Source: the human T2T-CHM13v2.0 reference genome, Homo sapiens. From it: a stretch of DNA of 64,000 nt. The stretch is from assembly GCF_009914755.1 (NCBI RefSeq), contig NC_060939.1; one strand, 5' to 3'. The position numbers and the translations under genes are program-made. The first letter of the stretch is position 1, and each line of letters starts with the position of its first letter. This document shows, piece by piece, positions 59,663 through 64,000 of the stretch. The notes beneath the pieces are model-generated. The model had not been told where the DNA came from. It saw nothing but the letters and a program-made list of their open reading frames with translations, and searched no databases.

Positions 59663-60188
59663 TGCTGCTGGTGGCCTACCCAAAAACCCCTTCTTTCTTT
59701 CTAAGAGAACCCCAAATTTGTCCATCAATGTAGCCCTTCATGACTGAGATGAAGGTCACCCCGTTGCCAGCTGTGGGCATAGATCCTGACAGACTAATTG
59801 AATTAGTTATAACATTCCTTGCAAAATGCTGTTGAAATAGGGATGCTTCCATGACTTGTGCTGGTCTAATCAGATGAAAGAAAAGGATCTGGAAGAGAAG
59901 CTTTCTGTCTTCCTCTGAAAATGAACAAGAAAGTATGTAACCTGGCTACCACATGGCCACCTTGTGACCATGATGTTAACCTGTCTGAAATGGGACCTGA
60001 TGTTAAGGAAGACAGAGAAGAGAGATGAAAAGTAACAGAGTCCTTAATAAAATCTTCAAGTACTGATCCATAGCACCTACCCTACCTCTAGACTTACAGG
60101 GATACGAGATTAATATATATTTTTATTGTTAGACTCCTTGGAGTCAACATTTATACCACCTGTAGTCAAAAAGAACGTAACTGGTAGA
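59663..60188 (+). mobile_element. Old MLT1-like LTR within L1M fragments
   Basis: 'ggccaccttgtgaccatga', 'ctacctctagactt', MaLR-like 3' end; highly diverged. Confidence 0.5.
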
Positions 60189-60599
60189 ATTTCAAAAAAA
60201 TGAATAAATTTAAAATACAACTAAAAATTAAATAACAATGAGAATAAAACAAACCACAAGTAAAGATAATAAAACTGAAAGCAGAAGTGCATGAATTAGA
60301 AAGCAAACACTGAACCACAAAATGAACTAAGAAATTGTAGAGGTAGTTTCTTTCAAGCCTAATTATTAAATTAAGAAATTCAAAAAGGGTTCATCACCAA
60401 AAGATACAACAGAATTTAAGATGTATTGATTATGAGGAAATATATTGCAGAAATTTATTATAATCTGAAAATACTCAGGACACAGAAACATTTTGGAAAA
60501 CAAAATATCCAAATTGAAAAGGAAGAATTTAAAACATTGAAGAGTAATAAAATGTTGAAGATGGTATAAAATTAACTAAATGATTATTTTTAATAAACC

Positions 60600-60909
60600 C
60601 CCCAGGGCAAATTTGTATCAGTTCTGCGACATTCCTTTCCCACAGAACAATGTGAAGGTATTCAGGTGACACCTGGACAAGCGGGTTGAATTACAGGAGA
60701 GGAACCTGAGTTTAAGGAGCCCTAACCTTTTCTCATGGGCGCTAAGATCCTCTTTCCTATGCTTCCAATGGGGACACGATGTCTATTTTCCAGGGCTGTT
60801 TGCTGGACAAACATCCTTGAAAAGATAGTCCTAAAACAAAAAGCTGTTAGCGTCTCTGTTCACAAGATGTGCAGAAACAAAAAGATCCATGCAGAATTGT
60901 CTCCCAACA
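60600..60909 (-). mobile_element. LTR40-like ERVL LTR (5' part)
   Basis: Minus strand starts TGTTGGGAGACAATTCTGCATGG...TTTCTGCACATCTTG...GGACTATCTTTTCAAGGATGTTTG. Confidence 0.75.
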
Positions 60910-60939
60910 TTCATAACTCCTCTACACCAGGAACAATTA

Positions 60940-61850
60940 AATACATAGGTCAATAAAACTTGGAATATAATATTTTCAATAACTGTGGTGCACAAAGTGC
61001 TGATAGATATCCTTGTTATGTAAAGAATTCTTAGAAATCAATATCAGAAGCACAAACAATTGAAAGAAAAAAGTGGCAAAGGGTATGACGAAGGGAGAAC
61101 AATTCTCAGAAGAAATAGTAAAAGTGTGAAACAACGAATGTTTAAGTACAAAACTGTGCTAGTTTATTCAGAACTCAATAGAAACAAAAAATAAAATAGC
61201 ATTTATCAGCAAGTAACTTGTCTAACTTAAATTGGACAATAGTTCTAAACGTTTCTGAAAATGTGGGAAATAGACATTCTCATATACTGTTGGGGATGTA
61301 AACTTGAACAACTTCTCAAAGAAATATTTAGCTCTGTATCAAGAACTTTAAAAATATTCACACGCTGTGACCTAGTAAATTCCATGTGTAGTAATAAATT
61401 CTAAGGAAATAATTACAGATAAAATACTTTTACATTAAAGGAGACTCGAAGAATTCTTATTAACAAAACTAAAATCAAAAGAGCCTTACTTTCCAATAAT
61501 AAGAGAATGGTTAATTTTTTTCTTAAATCCAATTTAAATTTCTTACATTTAAATTCTTTAAATTCTTAAATTTAAAAATTTCTTAAATTTTCTTAAATGA
61601 GAAGGAATGTCATGTAGCTAATTAAAAATACGCTGTCAAAGACTTTTATAACATGAAAAAATATGTAATGCTATCTCTATTACATGATCTCCATTATTAA
61701 ACCATGTTAAAGCCTGGAAGGAATTTAAACTAAATATCAAGCACAGTTACTCCTTAGTTTTATGCTTACTAATTTTTTTATTGTATTCCTTTTTACTTTA
61801 CTATATTTCTCAAATTTTCTACACTTTATAACAAAAATATTCAAAACATA
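60940..61850 (+). mobile_element. Old L1ME 3' fragment
   Basis: 'acattctcatatactgttgggg...gacctagtaaattcca...ctaaggaaataatt'. Confidence 0.6.
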
Positions 61851-64000
61851 AACGAATACCAGCTATTTTTTAGTTCCTTCTGGTTTAAAAAGTTATCATT
61901 ACTTAACTGATGGACTCTGCATAATTCTGAGGAAATAAGTGAAATAAGATAATCAGTTGATCTGTGGATAGACTGTGTTATTTTTAGTGCCCAAAGGGCT
62001 TTCCCATGCTCAGTTTACACTTGTGTTATGGGGAAAGGGGAGGGAAAGAAAACGCAGCATGAAAGCAGTGTGAGGCATGTTCAAATCCATTGCTCACAGC
62101 AGGGAAAAACAATTGCTTCCTCCCCTGCTTCCAGTGACCTTGTGGTGAGGATCACAGTGCTGGAAAAAGAATCCAAAATTGGCTTCAGTGTGGCTTCCTT
62201 CTGTTATTATTATGTTAGCAAATGCCTACTCCAAGGGACCCTCTGAGAAACCTAAAGGCCTTGTACTAGCCTGGTCCTCTTGGTCTAGAAAGTTTTCAAA
62301 TAGACACCTGCTTGTTTTATGAGATGGACGGGCTCAGGAGAACAGTCAAGGACCTCCATGACAACCTAACCCCCAAGAATGATTGAATCATTAATTTCTA
62401 AGGATATTACCACACTCTAAAATAATTCTCTGTGATTTTAAACCCCTGTGGATCGGGAGAACTCTTCAGTGAATACATATCCCTTCTTTGCAAAGAAAAA
62501 AATTTGCATATTATTCTTGCCCAATCACTTGTTTATTACTTCTATCAACTTCAATCATGAAAGCTTTCAGCATAGGTGCTGAGGACAAAGATGAAAATAC
62601 GTGACTTTAAATGTTTGTTTATAAAAATGTTTGAAGGGATTAATTTTTATCTGCCTATTCAAATAGGATTAAAGGGACTAACTTGAATAATAAAGGCGCA
62701 TTATAAATACCTATGTTGTTTCTAATTAATAGGTTCAGATATGAATATAAGATATGTCAAATTATTACAGAATCACCTGTAATTATGTTATTTTTAAATA
62801 ATGGAAAGGAAACTCATGAGTCATTATTAGCAAAGAGATGACTTTGGAATAAGGCAAGCTCATTCAGCTAATATAATGCTTTGCAAGACACATTTCCTAT
62901 TTATATGTACAGTTAATAACATTTATTATGTAGTCTTAGTCCTAGAAGCCTGTGTTTGTTGCGAGAAATACTTTAAAGCAGAAGCTTAATTACATAGTGC
63001 TCAAGTTTCTCTGGCAACATCAAAGTGAGAAAGTCATTTGTGCTTTAATGCACATTTTGAAAGAGAAAAATAAGTTTTCAAGTTGAGAACCCCACAAGTT
63101 TGAGACAAGGAGAATGGAGGAGGAATAAAATGTTAGATTAGAATTTATTTTTCCAGTATATGACAACAAAAACAGTAAGAGGGAAAAACTGTTTTTCTTC
63201 TTCATCATCTTATTATTATTATTAATCATAATAAAAGACTATAACCTTTTGATATTTGCTCCAAGGTTTTGTTCTCTGAGAATTACTCAGGCGCATTAGA
63301 ATTGGAAATATTCCTTTTCATTTGAATATACCGAAAGGGTTCCTTCAGTTCTCTTTATCCAGATTTCTCTCTAAACACTACAATAGCCACATTTTAAAGA
63401 AAATTACTAAAGAAACTTAGTGTCCTATTGCAAGGAGCCTGCAGGTGACAATAGTTTTTGCAAAATGGTTTTAACCTAACTCAGAATTGTGACCCAAAAA
63501 TTCACAAATTCATATTATAAAATGTTTATCAATTTGTACATGCAGACAATAGGAAGTATAATCCTAGGGCTGTCCAATTTAATTTGGAGTTCATAGAACT
63601 GAATGGATACGTTTTTGCATTTTATAAGGCAGAGAAATTTTAGATACCATTAACTGTCCCTCATTTAATAAAATAATTGGAAAGATGCTGACAGCTCTTA
63701 AGTGACAGCTAATCTCCTGCCTCTGGTTCCATGGGTGTTCCACTTACCAGTATTTTATCAAACAAAGAAACTCAACTAAATTTTGAAAGGAGTAGTATTT
63801 ATCTTCAGTACTATTTGATAGAACTTACGAGAACTGTGTTCAAGGCCAGCATTAGACAAATCCAAGAACAAAATCAAAATTGGACTTTGGCGTCTGTTTC
63901 CTCCTCTTTTGTGTCTCTCTTCCCCCTTGTATTGTCCCTTGTCTCAATGAGAACCCCCTATCTCGAGCCACAGGATTCTCTTGCCTCACCCACACCCATC

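Noticed and set aside
61515-61600. aaattcttaaattt-like repeats
   Set aside because: Low-complexity AT slippage inside an old L1 fragment; nothing further can be supported.

Overview
Primate (human-like) AT-rich genomic DNA made up largely of interspersed repeats. I cannot support any host protein-coding gene, RNA gene or CRISPR array. All longer ORFs come from L1, HERV-H or Alu sequence, or from tandem repeats. From left to right the window holds: an old L1M element with nested AluJ and THE1 insertions (1-5.5 kb); a decayed ERV-L provirus with recognisable RT and integrase motifs (5.5-12.4 kb), split by an Alu, an LTR and a 5'-inverted L1; a second 5'-inverted L1PA with an 18-bp TSD (24.3-28.1 kb); several Alus, MaLR LTRs and DNA transposons; an old L1 whose 5' region carries about 10 tandem 113-bp monomers (45.9-47.0 kb); and a minus-strand HERV-H (53.2-58.4 kb). 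The most unusual object is the HERV-H. It has no 5' LTR or PBS and only the first part of U3 of its 3' LTR. Both ends carry short fold-back or templated junction sequences, which resemble end-joining repair scars rather than integrase ends, and its leader contains an apparently expanded 42-bp VNTR. Repeat subfamily names come from my recollection of consensus sequences and need Dfam/RepeatMasker confirmation. Boundaries of old repeats are approximate.
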